Positions 37,607 to 47,492 of a DNA stretch of 64,000 nt are shown here, one piece after another. Under the pieces are notes generated by a model. That model was not told the DNA's origin and ran no database searches. It saw only the letters and a program-made list of their open reading frames with translations. This DNA comes from an uncultured Ruminococcus sp. (GTDB lineage Bacteria; Bacillota; Clostridia; Oscillospirales; CAG-272): the NCBI GenBank assembly GCA_964644445.1, contig CAZXVF010000001.1, positions 40,493 through 104,492 on the forward strand. Direction: 5' to 3'. The stretch's first letter is position 1; every line of letters starts with the position of its first letter. Position numbers and translations under genes: made by a program.

Positions 37607-39472
37607 ATGAAAGATACGAGCTTTCCGGCTTTTTTGTTTCATCAGGGCACGAATTTTCATTCGTACGACTATTTAGGAGTTTCCTTGGAAATTGTCGATA
37701 ATAAATATGAATACACCTTTAGAGTGTGGGCACCCAATGCGGAAAATGTAGGGCTGGTTTCCGATTTTACCGGCTGGAATGATCCGGTATTTATGCAGAA
37801 GGATGATAATAACGGCGTTTTTCAGTTGTTATACGTATCCGACCGTTCCTTGGAGCGCGAGCCGTATAAATTCCGAATATTCGCAAACGGACGTGTGTTT
37901 GATAAGGGCGATCCGTACGCCGCATTTTCGCGCGGCAGCTCGGACGGAGCTTCTCTTATCTTTACCGAGAAGAAATTCAAGTGGTACGATTCTGAGTGGT
38001 TGAGTAAGCGTAAAGAAACCGTCGTGACCTCCGACGGCATATATCTTCCCGCACCGATCAATATTTATGAAATACATCTCGGAAGCTTTATGCGGCATGA
38101 TGATAATAAGTACTATTCCTACAGGGATATCGCCGAATTTTTGCCTTCGTATTTGAAAAAGCTCGGATATACTCACGTAGAATTTCTTCCGCTTCAGGAA
38201 TATCCGTACGACGGATCGTGGGGGTATCAGGTTTGCGGATTTTACGCACCGACGTCCAGATTTGGTGATCCCGACGATTTCAGGTATTTGATCGATCGTC
38301 TTCACGTTAACGGTATAGGCGTTATTATGGACTGGGTTCCTGCGCACTTCCCGAAGGATGCATGGGGGTTATACGAGTTTGACGGTAGCCTTCTTTACGA
38401 ATACAGCGATCCGCTGAAGATGGAGGCACCGAATTGGGGAACCAGATTTTTCGATCTAGCAAAGCCCGAGGTTCATTCTTTCCTGATTTCCAATGCGCTG
38501 TATTTTTTGCGAGAGTTCCATGTTGACGGACTTCGTGTAGACGCAGTATCCTCTATGCTTTATCTCGATAGTGACAGGGCACCGGGAATGTGGCGTCCGA
38601 ACGTATTCGGAGGCAGAGAAAATCTTGAAGCGATAGAGTTCTTCAAGAAGCTTAACGGCGCAATATCCAAAGAATTTCCCGACGTATTGACGATAGCCGA
38701 GGAATCTACCGCATACGGCAAGATCACGCTTCCTATCTCAAAGGGCGGTCTCGGCTTCAGCCTGAAATGGAATATGGGATGGGCAAACGATTTTTACGAT
38801 TACGTATCCACGGATCCTCTCTACAGAGGGAAAAAGCACAAGGCCTTGAATTTCCCGCTTATGTATGCGTTTACCGAAAATTACTGTATGCCGATCTCGC
38901 ACGACGAGGTCGTTCACGGTAAAAAATCGTTTGTGGACAAGATGTTCGGCAGCACGGAGGACAAGTTCCTCCAAGCAAGAGTTGCACTTATGCTTATGAT
39001 GACCTATCCCGGAAAAAAGCTGCTGTTTATGGGAACAGAATTTGCACAGTTCAGAGAGTGGGATTACGACCATGCACTTGAATGGTTTATGCTTGAATAT
39101 GAAAATCACAGCAATTTCAGAGATTACGTCACGTCGTTAAATCATTTTTATTTGCAAACTCCCGAGCTTTGGGAAATAGATTTCGATCAAAAAGGATTTG
39201 AATGGATTTATCCGGACGAGAATGATAAAAATTCCGTAGCCTTCAGAAGGATCGCGAAAAACGGTGAAGAAATCGTCGTCGTTATGAATTTTTCGGGTAT
39301 GGAGCAAACGCTTAAGATACCCGCTACGACCGAGGAAGGTAAATTCGATATACTTTTCGGGACGGGTAATATAGACGTAAATTCTGATATTGAGGCAAAA
39401 GAAGAGAATGACGGAATATACGCCGACGTAGTACTTCCGAAATTCAGCGGAATGGTTTTAAGAGAAAAATAA
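37607..39472 (+). CDS. glgB: 1,4-alpha-glucan branching enzyme
   Basis: GH13 blocks are present: DWVPAHF, GLRVDAV, AEEST and SHDEVVHGK. I prefer the ATG at 37607 (MKDTSF), which follows a GGAGG RBS, over the track start at 37574. Confidence 0.9.
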   Translation: MKDTSFPAFLFHQGTNFHSYDYLGVSLEIVDNKYEYTFRVWAPNAENVGLVSDFTGWNDPVFMQKDDNNGVFQLLYVSDRSLEREPYKFRIFANGRVFDKGDPYAAFSRGSSDGASLIFTEKKFKWYDSEWLSKRKETVVTSDGIYLPAPINIYEIHLGSFMRHDDNKYYSYRDIAEFLPSYLKKLGYTHVEFLPLQEYPYDGSWGYQVCGFYAPTSRFGDPDDFRYLIDRLHVNGIGVIMDWVPAHFPKDAWGLYEFDGSLLYEYSDPLKMEAPNWGTRFFDLAKPEVHSFLISNALYFLREFHVDGLRVDAVSSMLYLDSDRAPGMWRPNVFGGRENLEAIEFFKKLNGAISKEFPDVLTIAEESTAYGKITLPISKGGLGFSLKWNMGWANDFYDYVSTDPLYRGKKHKALNFPLMYAFTENYCMPISHDEVVHGKKSFVDKMFGSTEDKFLQARVALMLMMTYPGKKLLFMGTEFAQFREWDYDHALEWFMLEYENHSNFRDYVTSLNHFYLQTPELWEIDFDQKGFEWIYPDENDKNSVAFRRIAKNGEEIVVVMNFSGMEQTLKIPATTEEGKFDILFGTGNIDVNSDIEAKEENDGIYADVVLPKFSGMVLREK

Positions 39473-39498
39473 ATATTTTACATTAAGGAGAGATTGGC

Positions 39499-40650
39499 AT
39501 GTATTGTAAAAAAGAATGTATAGCTATGCTTCTTGCCGGAGGTCAAGGCTCACGTCTTTACGACCTGACGAAGAAGATAGCAAAGCCCGCAGTTTCATTT
39601 GGCGGAAAATACAAAATTATCGACTTTCCCCTTTCGAACTGCATTAATTCCGGTATTGATACGGTAGGAGTCCTTACTCAATACCAGCCACTGGCTTTAA
39701 ACGAGTACGTATGTAACGGTGCTCCGTGGGATCTTGACCGTATGAGAGGCGGATTATCGGTTTTGCCTCCGTATCAGGGGAGCAAGCGCTCGGATTGGTA
39801 CAAGGGCACGGCAAATGCGATTTATCAGAATATCAACTTTATAAAGCAATATGATCCGGATTACGTCCTCGTGCTCTCGGGCGACCATATATATCGTATG
39901 GATTACCGTAAAATGCTCGATGCTCATAAGGCCACAGGCGCGGCTTGCACGGTTGCAACCATAACGGTGCCTATGGAAGAGGCGAGCCGATTCGGAATAT
40001 GTAATACTAATCCCGATGGATCTATATACGAATTTGAAGAGAAACCCAAGAAGCCCAAGAACAATCAGGCGTCAATGGGAATATACATATTCAATACCAA
40101 GCTCCTCATCAAGTATCTCGAGGAGGACGAGGCAGATCCTAATTCGTCAAATGACTTCGGTAAAAACATAATTCCGAGCTACCTTAAAAACGGCGAAAAG
40201 CTCTATTCCTACCGATTTGAAGGATATTGGAAGGACGTAGGAACCATATCGTCTCTTTGGGAAGCTAATATGGATCTTATAGGTGACGATCCCATACTCA
40301 GTACCACGGATAAGAACTTTAAGATATATTCCAAAAACAATGCCAGAGCACCTCAATATCTCGGTGTAAACAGTAACGTTTCGAATTCTCTCGTATCCGA
40401 GGGATCCAGAATATACGGTACGGTTGAAAACTCCGTGCTTTCCGGAGGTGTCGTCGTAGAAGAAGGCGCGATAGTAAAGGATTCGGTTATTATGGAGGAC
40501 GTGCGTATATGCAAAAACGCAAGAGTCTATACGTCAATAATCGATTCGGATTCGGTCATCGAGGATGGAGTTACCGTCGGAAAAGAAAATGGCGGAAAAG
40601 ACGAGATCACCGTTATAGCTAACGGAAGCGTCGTTTCGGAATCAAGATAA
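39499..40650 (+). CDS. glgC: Glucose-1-phosphate adenylyltransferase catalytic subunit
   Basis: 383 aa. It has [37 protein letters not shown] and YWKDVGT. Confidence 0.9.
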   Translation: MYCKKECIAMLLAGGQGSRLYDLTKKIAKPAVSFGGKYKIIDFPLSNCINSGIDTVGVLTQYQPLALNEYVCNGAPWDLDRMRGGLSVLPPYQGSKRSDWYKGTANAIYQNINFIKQYDPDYVLVLSGDHIYRMDYRKMLDAHKATGAACTVATITVPMEEASRFGICNTNPDGSIYEFEEKPKKPKNNQASMGIYIFNTKLLIKYLEEDEADPNSSNDFGKNIIPSYLKNGEKLYSYRFEGYWKDVGTISSLWEANMDLIGDDPILSTTDKNFKIYSKNNARAPQYLGVNSNVSNSLVSEGSRIYGTVENSVLSGGVVVEEGAIVKDSVIMEDVRICKNARVYTSIIDSDSVIEDGVTVGKENGGKDEITVIANGSVVSESR

Positions 40651-40666
40651 GCTGGAGGTAATTAAA

Positions 40667-41800
40667 ATGGCTATCAATGCAGCAGGAATCATTTTTTCAA
40701 GTCTTAACACAAATACGTTATCGAGGCTTACCGGTGACAGAACGGTTGCGGCAATCCCGTTTGCCTGCAGATATCGTCTTATCGATTTTTGCCTCTCCAA
40801 TATGGTCAACGCAAACATCTCTAACATAAGTATTATCGCTAATTACAATTACCGTTCGCTTCTCGAGCATATAGGAAGCGGAAAAGACTGGGATCTCGCC
40901 AGAAGAGAAAGCGGCGTTAATTTTATCTCCCCCTTCCTTACGGCTACGAATCAAAACGAGGCTAAAATGTATTCCACTCACATGGAAGCTCTCAAAAGCA
41001 TGAGAGAATACATAAGAGAGTTCAAGGAAGACTACGTAGTAATGATGGATTCCGATACCGCTCTGACTATCGATATAGCAGACGTGATCAGAACTCACGA
41101 GGAATCCGGAGCTTCGGTAACGATAGTTACGAGAACTATAGACGAAGGCTTCACCTCGAAGCATCCTAAGCTAATGCTTGCCTCCGACGGCGGTAGAGTT
41201 ACGGATATGGCTATGTCGGCTAAATACAACGGAAATAATCCGGAGCTTTCTTTAGGAATATTCGTAATGAAAACCGAGCATTTAAAAACGATTATAGAGG
41301 AGGCTGTCGCGTATAATTCGAACAGCTTTATAGGCACCCTTCTTAAGAATTGCAAGACTTCTCATTACAGAGCCTATAATTTCACAGGATTTGCGGCATC
41401 GGTTTCCAGCTTCTTGGATTATTATAAATATTCCATCGAGCTTGCCAAAAACGAAGAAGCAAGAGAATCTTTGCTTTGGAAGCGCGAAGCTCCGATATTT
41501 ACCCGTGTTCATAACTCGTCGCCCACGGCTCATAAGAGCAGTGCAAGGGTAGAAAATTCTTTAATAGCCGACGAGTGTGTAATCGAAGGCACGGTTATAA
41601 ACTCCATTATCTTCCGTGACGTCAAGATAGGTAAGGGAGCGGTAGTTAAGGATTCCGTTCTCTTCCACGGAACAAGCGTAGGTAAAAACGCTACGCTTAA
41701 CTGTATCGTTACCGATAAGGACGTTCAGATTACGGACGGAGTAAATCTTTCGGGTAACGAGAATATGCCTTTTTACGTTCAGAAGGGCAGAAAAATATAA
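40667..41800 (+). CDS. glgD: Glucose-1-phosphate adenylyltransferase regulatory subunit GlgD
   Basis: 377 aa paralogue of GlgC that lacks the GGxGxRL motif (RLTGDRTVAAIPF). Its position between glgC and glgA is as in Firmicutes. Confidence 0.8.
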   Translation: MAINAAGIIFSSLNTNTLSRLTGDRTVAAIPFACRYRLIDFCLSNMVNANISNISIIANYNYRSLLEHIGSGKDWDLARRESGVNFISPFLTATNQNEAKMYSTHMEALKSMREYIREFKEDYVVMMDSDTALTIDIADVIRTHEESGASVTIVTRTIDEGFTSKHPKLMLASDGGRVTDMAMSAKYNGNNPELSLGIFVMKTEHLKTIIEEAVAYNSNSFIGTLLKNCKTSHYRAYNFTGFAASVSSFLDYYKYSIELAKNEEARESLLWKREAPIFTRVHNSSPTAHKSSARVENSLIADECVIEGTVINSIIFRDVKIGKGAVVKDSVLFHGTSVGKNATLNCIVTDKDVQITDGVNLSGNENMPFYVQKGRKI

Positions 41801-41820
41801 TTGTCGGGGGGAGTCGAGCT

Positions 41821-43239
41821 ATGAAAATTCTTTATGTTACCAGTGAAGCCAATCCCTTTGCTGCCAGCGGCGGCTTGGGCGACGTAATGGGAGCACTCCC
41901 TACAGCCGTAAGACAAGAGGGATGCGACGTCGGCGTTATTATGCCACTTTACGATACTATGAAGGAAGAGCACAGATGCAAGCTTGAAAAGGTAGCGGAT
42001 ATTTTCTTCAAGCTTGCATGGCGTGACAGCGGTGCTACAGTGTTTAAGATCTGCCAAGGCGGCGTAAGCTATTATTTCGTCGAAAATCATCGCTATTTTG
42101 ACAGAGGCAGACTTTACGGTGAATATGACGATGCAGAGCGCTTTGCCGCATTTTCAAAGGCCGTAGTTGAATTTATGATACAGACCGATACCGTTCCCGA
42201 CGTTCTGCACGCTAACGATTGGCAAACCGCGCTTACAGTCATATACTTGAAAACGGAGTTTGCAAATCATCCGATGCTTCGCGGAATAAAAACCGTATAT
42301 ACGATCCATAATATCGAATATCAAGGAAAGTACGGCTTTGACGTTCTCGGTGACGTATTCGGTATAAACGGTAATTTTGCGGGTGTTCTGGAATACGACG
42401 GATGCGTTAATCTTATGAAAGGTGCTCTCGTATGCGCGGACTACGTTACTACCGTAAGTCCGAATTATGCAAATGAGCTGGAATATAATTTCTTTGCCTT
42501 CGGTCTTTCCGATATCGTGAGAAGTATAAAATACAAAATGAGCGGAGTCATAAACGGTATAGATTACGACTATTTCTCGCCCGAGCGCGGAGGAGACATA
42601 TATAAGAGCTATACCTCAAGAACCGTAAAAAGCGGAAAAGCAGCCAACAAAAAAGCACTTCAGGCAGAGCTCGGTCTCGAACAGCGCCCCGACGTTCCTT
42701 TGGTCGTTATGATAACCAGGCTGACGGCAGGAAAGGGAATAGATCTCGTCCTTCACATTCTGGAGGAGCTGCTATGCGAGGACGTGCAGATCGTAGTTCT
42801 CGGAACGGGTGACAGAGAATATGAAGAAAGATTTTCATATATTGCAAAGAATCATTTAAACCTCGTTTCTCTCATTAAGTTTGATCGAGCTTTGTCAAAG
42901 AAAATGTATGCGGCTGCGGATATATTCGTAATGCCGTCCAAGAGCGAGCCATGCGGTCTTGCCCAGATGATAGCTTGCTCCTACGGAACCGTACCGGTAG
43001 TCAGATCGGTCGGCGGTCTTTACGATTCCATTAAGCCTTGGGGAAGCGACGGCGGAAACGGATTTAGATTTGACAATTACAACGCGCACGAGCTTCTGTT
43101 TTCAATAAAGGATGCGATAAGCGTATATCGCGATAAAAAGGAATGGGCTAAGATCGTAGCCTCTGCAAAGAGATCTGATTTCTCTTGGAAAAATTCTGCT
43201 TTGAAATATATTCAAATTTATAATAAAATAACTCAATAA
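41821..43239 (+). CDS. glgA: Glycogen synthase (ADP-glucose type, GT5)
   Basis: 472 aa. The N-terminal part is MKILYVTSEANPFAASGGLGDV, and PSKSEPCGLAQM is also present. Confidence 0.9.
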   Translation: MKILYVTSEANPFAASGGLGDVMGALPTAVRQEGCDVGVIMPLYDTMKEEHRCKLEKVADIFFKLAWRDSGATVFKICQGGVSYYFVENHRYFDRGRLYGEYDDAERFAAFSKAVVEFMIQTDTVPDVLHANDWQTALTVIYLKTEFANHPMLRGIKTVYTIHNIEYQGKYGFDVLGDVFGINGNFAGVLEYDGCVNLMKGALVCADYVTTVSPNYANELEYNFFAFGLSDIVRSIKYKMSGVINGIDYDYFSPERGGDIYKSYTSRTVKSGKAANKKALQAELGLEQRPDVPLVVMITRLTAGKGIDLVLHILEELLCEDVQIVVLGTGDREYEERFSYIAKNHLNLVSLIKFDRALSKKMYAAADIFVMPSKSEPCGLAQMIACSYGTVPVVRSVGGLYDSIKPWGSDGGNGFRFDNYNAHELLFSIKDAISVYRDKKEWAKIVASAKRSDFSWKNSALKYIQIYNKITQ

Positions 43240-43261
43240 AAATCAACAGGATAGCATATCA

Positions 43262-45730
43262 ATGGTAAACAACAGTCATAACCCTTCGGGTATTAAAATT
43301 AAAATCAGCAAGGAAGAATTAAACGAAAGGATCGAGTCGAAGCTTCTTACCAGAGGCATATCGAATCCGATTGCCGCTACGGACGATCAAATATATCAGG
43401 CTACAGTCTCTATCATCAAGGAGCTGATGCTTGAATATAGGTCAAATTTCAAGAAGAGAATAAAGGCAGCAAACGAAAAAAAGGTATGCTATCTTTGTAT
43501 GGAATTTTTAGTGGGACGCTCGTTGAAAAACGACACTAAGAATCTCGGTATATACGACGAGCTGTGTGAGATATTCAAAAATTACGGAACGTCGTTTGAA
43601 AAGATCTATGAATGCGAGGTAGATCCGGGACTCGGAAACGGAGGACTCGGAAGACTTGCCGCGTGCTTTATGGACTCTCTTACCGCTAAGGATTATTATG
43701 CAAGCGGATATTCTTTGCTCTATGAGAACGGATTGTTCAAGCAAAAAATAGTAGACGGTGAGCAGGTAGAGCTGACCGACGAATGGCTTGCAAGCGGCGG
43801 CGTATGGCTGGTTCCCCGCAACGATAAGAGCATAAATATCCGTTTTGGCGGAAGAATAGAGGAAAAGTGGGAGAACGGAAGATATACCGTAGCGAACTAC
43901 GATTACGACGAGGTAAACGCAGTTCCGTACGATCTTCTGATTCCGGGTACCGAAACCGATGCCGTAAACTATATCAGACTATGGAGAGCAAGAGAGACCT
44001 CTCCCTCCATATCTAGCTTTACCACGCAGAGCAATTACGTGAAAAAGCTTTCCGACAGTACGAAGGCGGAATCTATTACTAAGCAGCTTTATCCTCCGGA
44101 TAATTATGACGAGGGCAAACTTCTGAGATTGACTCAGCAGTATTTTTTGGTTTCGGCCTCTCTGCAAAGCATCATTAACGATTACTTGTCAGAGCACGGA
44201 TCATTGAGAGGATTTGAGGATAAGGTAGCAATCCATATAAACGATACGCATCCTGCGCTGTGTATTCCGGAATTAATGAGAATATTAATGGACGTATACT
44301 CGTATTCGTGGGACGATGCGTGGGCAGTAGTATGCAAAACCGTCTCGTATACGAACCATACGGTTCTCCCCGAGGCACTCGAATGCTGGAGAGTCGATTT
44401 GTTCAGTATGAAGCTTCCCAGGATATATATGATAGTCAACGAGATTAACCGCCGCTTTACCGCAGACCTATGGCAGCTCTATCCCGGCGATTGGGACAGG
44501 ATATCGCGTATGTCTATAGTTGCGTACAATCAGGTAAGAATGGCAAATCTTTCAATCGTCGGTTCTCATACGGTAAACGGAGTTTCGGAGCTGCACAGCG
44601 ATATTCTCAAAAAGACGATATTCAAGGATTTCTATAAAATGACTCCGTGGAAGTTCACAAACGTTACTAACGGGGTTGTACATCGCAGATGGCTTAATAA
44701 TTCGAATCCCGCGCTCTCAAGTTTTCTCGACGACCTTATCGGGCCCGAATTCCGAGAGGATGCCTTGAATCTGATAAAGCTCGCAGACTACCGTGACGAT
44801 GCGGACGTTTTAGAGAAGATCAAAAGTATAAAGCACTATAATAAGGAGCATTTTGCGTACTATGCTTATAACAGAACAGGCAAGCGTATCGACTCCTCAT
44901 CGGTGTTTGACGTTCAGATAAAGAGAATGCACGAGTATAAGCGTCAGCTATTGAACGTTTTGAAGATCATAGCTCTGTATAACGAGATAATAGACGATCC
45001 TAATTGTGATATTCCGCCGCAGACCTTCATATTCGGCTGTAAAGCGGCACCCGGATATGCAATGGCGAAAAAAATAATTAAGCTTATTTGGTTCTTGGCA
45101 AAAGAGCTAGAATCGAATCCTCTTACCAGAGATAGGCTCAAAATCGTATTTATGGAAGAATATAATGTTTCCGTCGCAGAAATTCTTATACCATCCGCCG
45201 ATATTTCAGAGCAGATTTCTCTTGCGGGAAAGGAAGCCAGCGGTACGGGTTGCATGAAGCTTATGATGAACGGTGCCATAACCATGGGAACTCTTGACGG
45301 TGCGAACGTGGAGATCATGGAGGCGTGCGGTAAGGATAACATTTATATATTCGGCATGAACACTAACGAGGCTGAGGAGCTTTGGAGAAACGGATATATA
45401 GCAAGAGATTTTTGCCATCGCTCGGAACGATTAAGACGAGTTATCGACAGATTTTATTCTCCCATTGGCGGCCAGAATTTCTCGCACATAGCCGACTATC
45501 TTATCGGCGGAGGCTATGGTATCGCAGATCCGTATATGTGTCTGGCTGATTTTGACGCTTACTATAATACGTACAGACGTGCTCTGTCAGATTATGCCGA
45601 TACACAAAAATGGTCGAAGATGTCGCTTATAAATACTGCCACCAGCGGTGTATTTTCATCGGATAACAGCATTCGTAAATATGCGAATGACATCTGGCAC
45701 ACAAATCCCATAAATAAATCCGGCAAATAA
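43262..45730 (+). CDS. glgP: Glycogen/maltodextrin phosphorylase (GT35)
   Basis: 822 aa. It has GLGNGGLGRLAACF, NDTHPAL and the PLP site EASGTGCMKLMMNGA. Confidence 0.9.
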   Translation: MVNNSHNPSGIKIKISKEELNERIESKLLTRGISNPIAATDDQIYQATVSIIKELMLEYRSNFKKRIKAANEKKVCYLCMEFLVGRSLKNDTKNLGIYDELCEIFKNYGTSFEKIYECEVDPGLGNGGLGRLAACFMDSLTAKDYYASGYSLLYENGLFKQKIVDGEQVELTDEWLASGGVWLVPRNDKSINIRFGGRIEEKWENGRYTVANYDYDEVNAVPYDLLIPGTETDAVNYIRLWRARETSPSISSFTTQSNYVKKLSDSTKAESITKQLYPPDNYDEGKLLRLTQQYFLVSASLQSIINDYLSEHGSLRGFEDKVAIHINDTHPALCIPELMRILMDVYSYSWDDAWAVVCKTVSYTNHTVLPEALECWRVDLFSMKLPRIYMIVNEINRRFTADLWQLYPGDWDRISRMSIVAYNQVRMANLSIVGSHTVNGVSELHSDILKKTIFKDFYKMTPWKFTNVTNGVVHRRWLNNSNPALSSFLDDLIGPEFREDALNLIKLADYRDDADVLEKIKSIKHYNKEHFAYYAYNRTGKRIDSSSVFDVQIKRMHEYKRQLLNVLKIIALYNEIIDDPNCDIPPQTFIFGCKAAPGYAMAKKIIKLIWFLAKELESNPLTRDRLKIVFMEEYNVSVAEILIPSADISEQISLAGKEASGTGCMKLMMNGAITMGTLDGANVEIMEACGKDNIYIFGMNTNEAEELWRNGYIARDFCHRSERLRRVIDRFYSPIGGQNFSHIADYLIGGGYGIADPYMCLADFDAYYNTYRRALSDYADTQKWSKMSLINTATSGVFSSDNSIRKYANDIWHTNPINKSGK

Positions 45731-46040
45731 TATTCGTTATTCTATTATTGAGAATGACTCGTCGCGGCGGTTTTAATAGTGCCATGCGCTCATCTAATGA
45801 CGATAAGCTACGTTTGTATGCGATTAAATGCAACTAGCAAAGCTCTCACGTTTACCACGTATAATCAGCATGTTAAATTACCGACGTTATTCACGTTAAA
45901 AATCGCAACGAACGCAGAAAAATTTCGTTTCCGGGGCACATTATCCGCATCTGCCCTCGGGAACGGCGGCGTTCGTAAAATTTTAATAACGCCTTCGTTT
46001 CGTTTTATCGGACGTATCGCGTATGACAAAGGAGTACGAT

Positions 46041-46553
46041 ATGACTGTCACTCTCATCGGAATGCCCGGAGTCGGAAAAAGCTGTATGGGCAAGATCATT
46101 GCCAAAAAACTACATATGAAGCATATTGACGGAGATAAGCTTATTGAGCGTAAAGCCGGAAAACGCTTGCATGAGATTTTATCGGACTGCGGCCCTGAAG
46201 CCCTTGCCGATCTCGAACGCGAGATATTAATGAGCATCGATGAAGATAATGCCGTAATAACTCCTGGAGGGAGTGCAATTTATTACGATGACGTAATGGC
46301 GCACTTCAAGAGTATAGGAAAGGTAATATATCTCTATGCGGGAATTCCCGTTATTACGGAACGCTTGGGAGATTTTTCAAAACGTGGAGTTATTCTCAGG
46401 CAGGGAAGCACGGTCAAAGATATGTTTGACGAGAGAATTCCGCTTTTGGAAAAATACGCCGATATAAAAATCAATTGCAACGGGAAAAAATTTATGAAAT
46501 ATCAATCGGATGTGCTTTCGAAGGTCACAGAGTTGATGAATGCCGAAAAATGA
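46041..46553 (+). CDS. aroK: Shikimate kinase
   Basis: MTVTLIGMPGVGKSCMGK (P-loop), then DGDKLIE and ITPGGSAIY. I prefer the ATG at 46041, which follows an AAAGGAG RBS, over the track start at 46023. Confidence 0.8.
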   Translation: MTVTLIGMPGVGKSCMGKIIAKKLHMKHIDGDKLIERKAGKRLHEILSDCGPEALADLEREILMSIDEDNAVITPGGSAIYYDDVMAHFKSIGKVIYLYAGIPVITERLGDFSKRGVILRQGSTVKDMFDERIPLLEKYADIKINCNGKKFMKYQSDVLSKVTELMNAEK

Positions 46554-47352
46554 GATAAATACCTTTCGATCAAAAATTATGATGACAAATAAAGAAATAC
46601 TTGAAATTGCTATGTCTCAGTCTGCAATCGATCTTTGCGCTTCTACTGACGACTTTAAAAAGAAAGAAAACGTGATAGTTACTTCGGGTATAAGTGAAAG
46701 GGCAAGACGGTATTTGAATCTGCCATTTTCTTGTCAACTCGTTTCTTACGGAAATAATGTGGTCGCATCGGTGTCTCCAGAGTTCCGCGAGATAACCGAA
46801 AATTACATAAACGGGTATCCTCTTGAGCATATTTTCGAAACGCCGAATATGCATGCTCTCGATGCTGCATTAATGAAAAACGGTGAAAAAATATGCTTTA
46901 TGGCGGAATATTTTTTACCCGACGTAAATTCCTTATTTGCATGCGATTGCTCTTATGAGCTTCATACGTTGACTCAAAAGAATTTTTCAGATTTGTATTT
47001 GCCGGAATGGAGCAATGCTTTATGTAAAGAGCGCAGTAACCTTGACGTCCTCGGTATCGGTGCATACGACGGCGATAGACTTATCGGGCTTGCGGCGTGC
47101 TCTGCCGATTGCGACACTATGTGGCAGATCGGAGTTGATGTTTTGCCTGAATATCGCAGGCACGGAATAGCATCTGCGTTGACTGCAAATCTTGCTATTG
47201 AAATTCTAAATCGCGGAAAAGTCCCCTTCTATTGCGCCGCATGGTGTAATATCGGATCCGTTCGTAACGCAATCAAGAGCGGATTCCGTCCGGCATGGGT
47301 TGAAATGACTGCAAGACCGTGTGACGTCGTTAACGAAATGAATAATAAATAA
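46540..47352 (+). CDS. GNAT family N-acetyltransferase
   Basis: The C-terminal acetyl-CoA-binding region is WQIGVDVLPEYRRHGIASALTANLA. The start is uncertain: 46540, or ATG ATG at 46579/46582. Confidence 0.6.
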   Translation: MPKNEINTFRSKIMMTNKEILEIAMSQSAIDLCASTDDFKKKENVIVTSGISERARRYLNLPFSCQLVSYGNNVVASVSPEFREITENYINGYPLEHIFETPNMHALDAALMKNGEKICFMAEYFLPDVNSLFACDCSYELHTLTQKNFSDLYLPEWSNALCKERSNLDVLGIGAYDGDRLIGLAACSADCDTMWQIGVDVLPEYRRHGIASALTANLAIEILNRGKVPFYCAAWCNIGSVRNAIKSGFRPAWVEMTARPCDVVNEMNNK

Positions 47353-47431
47353 TGCAAAAATGCAGCTTTCCGCGTTATTCGAACGGCGCAGGTTGGCTGC
47401 TTTTTTATTTACGTAATTTTTGATATCGCTA

Positions 47432-47460
47432 TTGCAAAAGAGCAGAAATAATGATATAAT
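47432..47460 (+). promoter_or_regulatory. Sigma-A promoter for recD2
   Basis: TTGCAA (47432..47437), 17 nt, TATAAT (47455..47460). Confidence 0.55.
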
Positions 47461-47492
47461 GCTCTTGTGAAAAAAGGGGAGGAGGTAGTTAT

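Noticed and set aside
37829-38347. 172-aa minus-strand ORF, and similar long antisense ORFs at 33652..34155, 40718..41164, 44944..45342 and 30417..30872
   Set aside because: All lie inside well-supported genes on the opposite strand (glgB, hemZ-like, glgD, glgP, rel), and none shows motifs or RBSs.
45950-46022. Weak hairpin GGCGTT...AACGCC followed by a T-rich run upstream of aroK, considered as an attenuator
   Set aside because: The stem is only 6 bp with an AT-rich loop, and no competing antiterminator is evident. That is insufficient evidence.
45779-46129. 116-aa + ORF between glgP and aroK
   Set aside because: It has no RBS and overlaps the aroK start in another frame. Its sequence is uninformative. 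The 310-bp spacer is more likely promoter and leader DNA.
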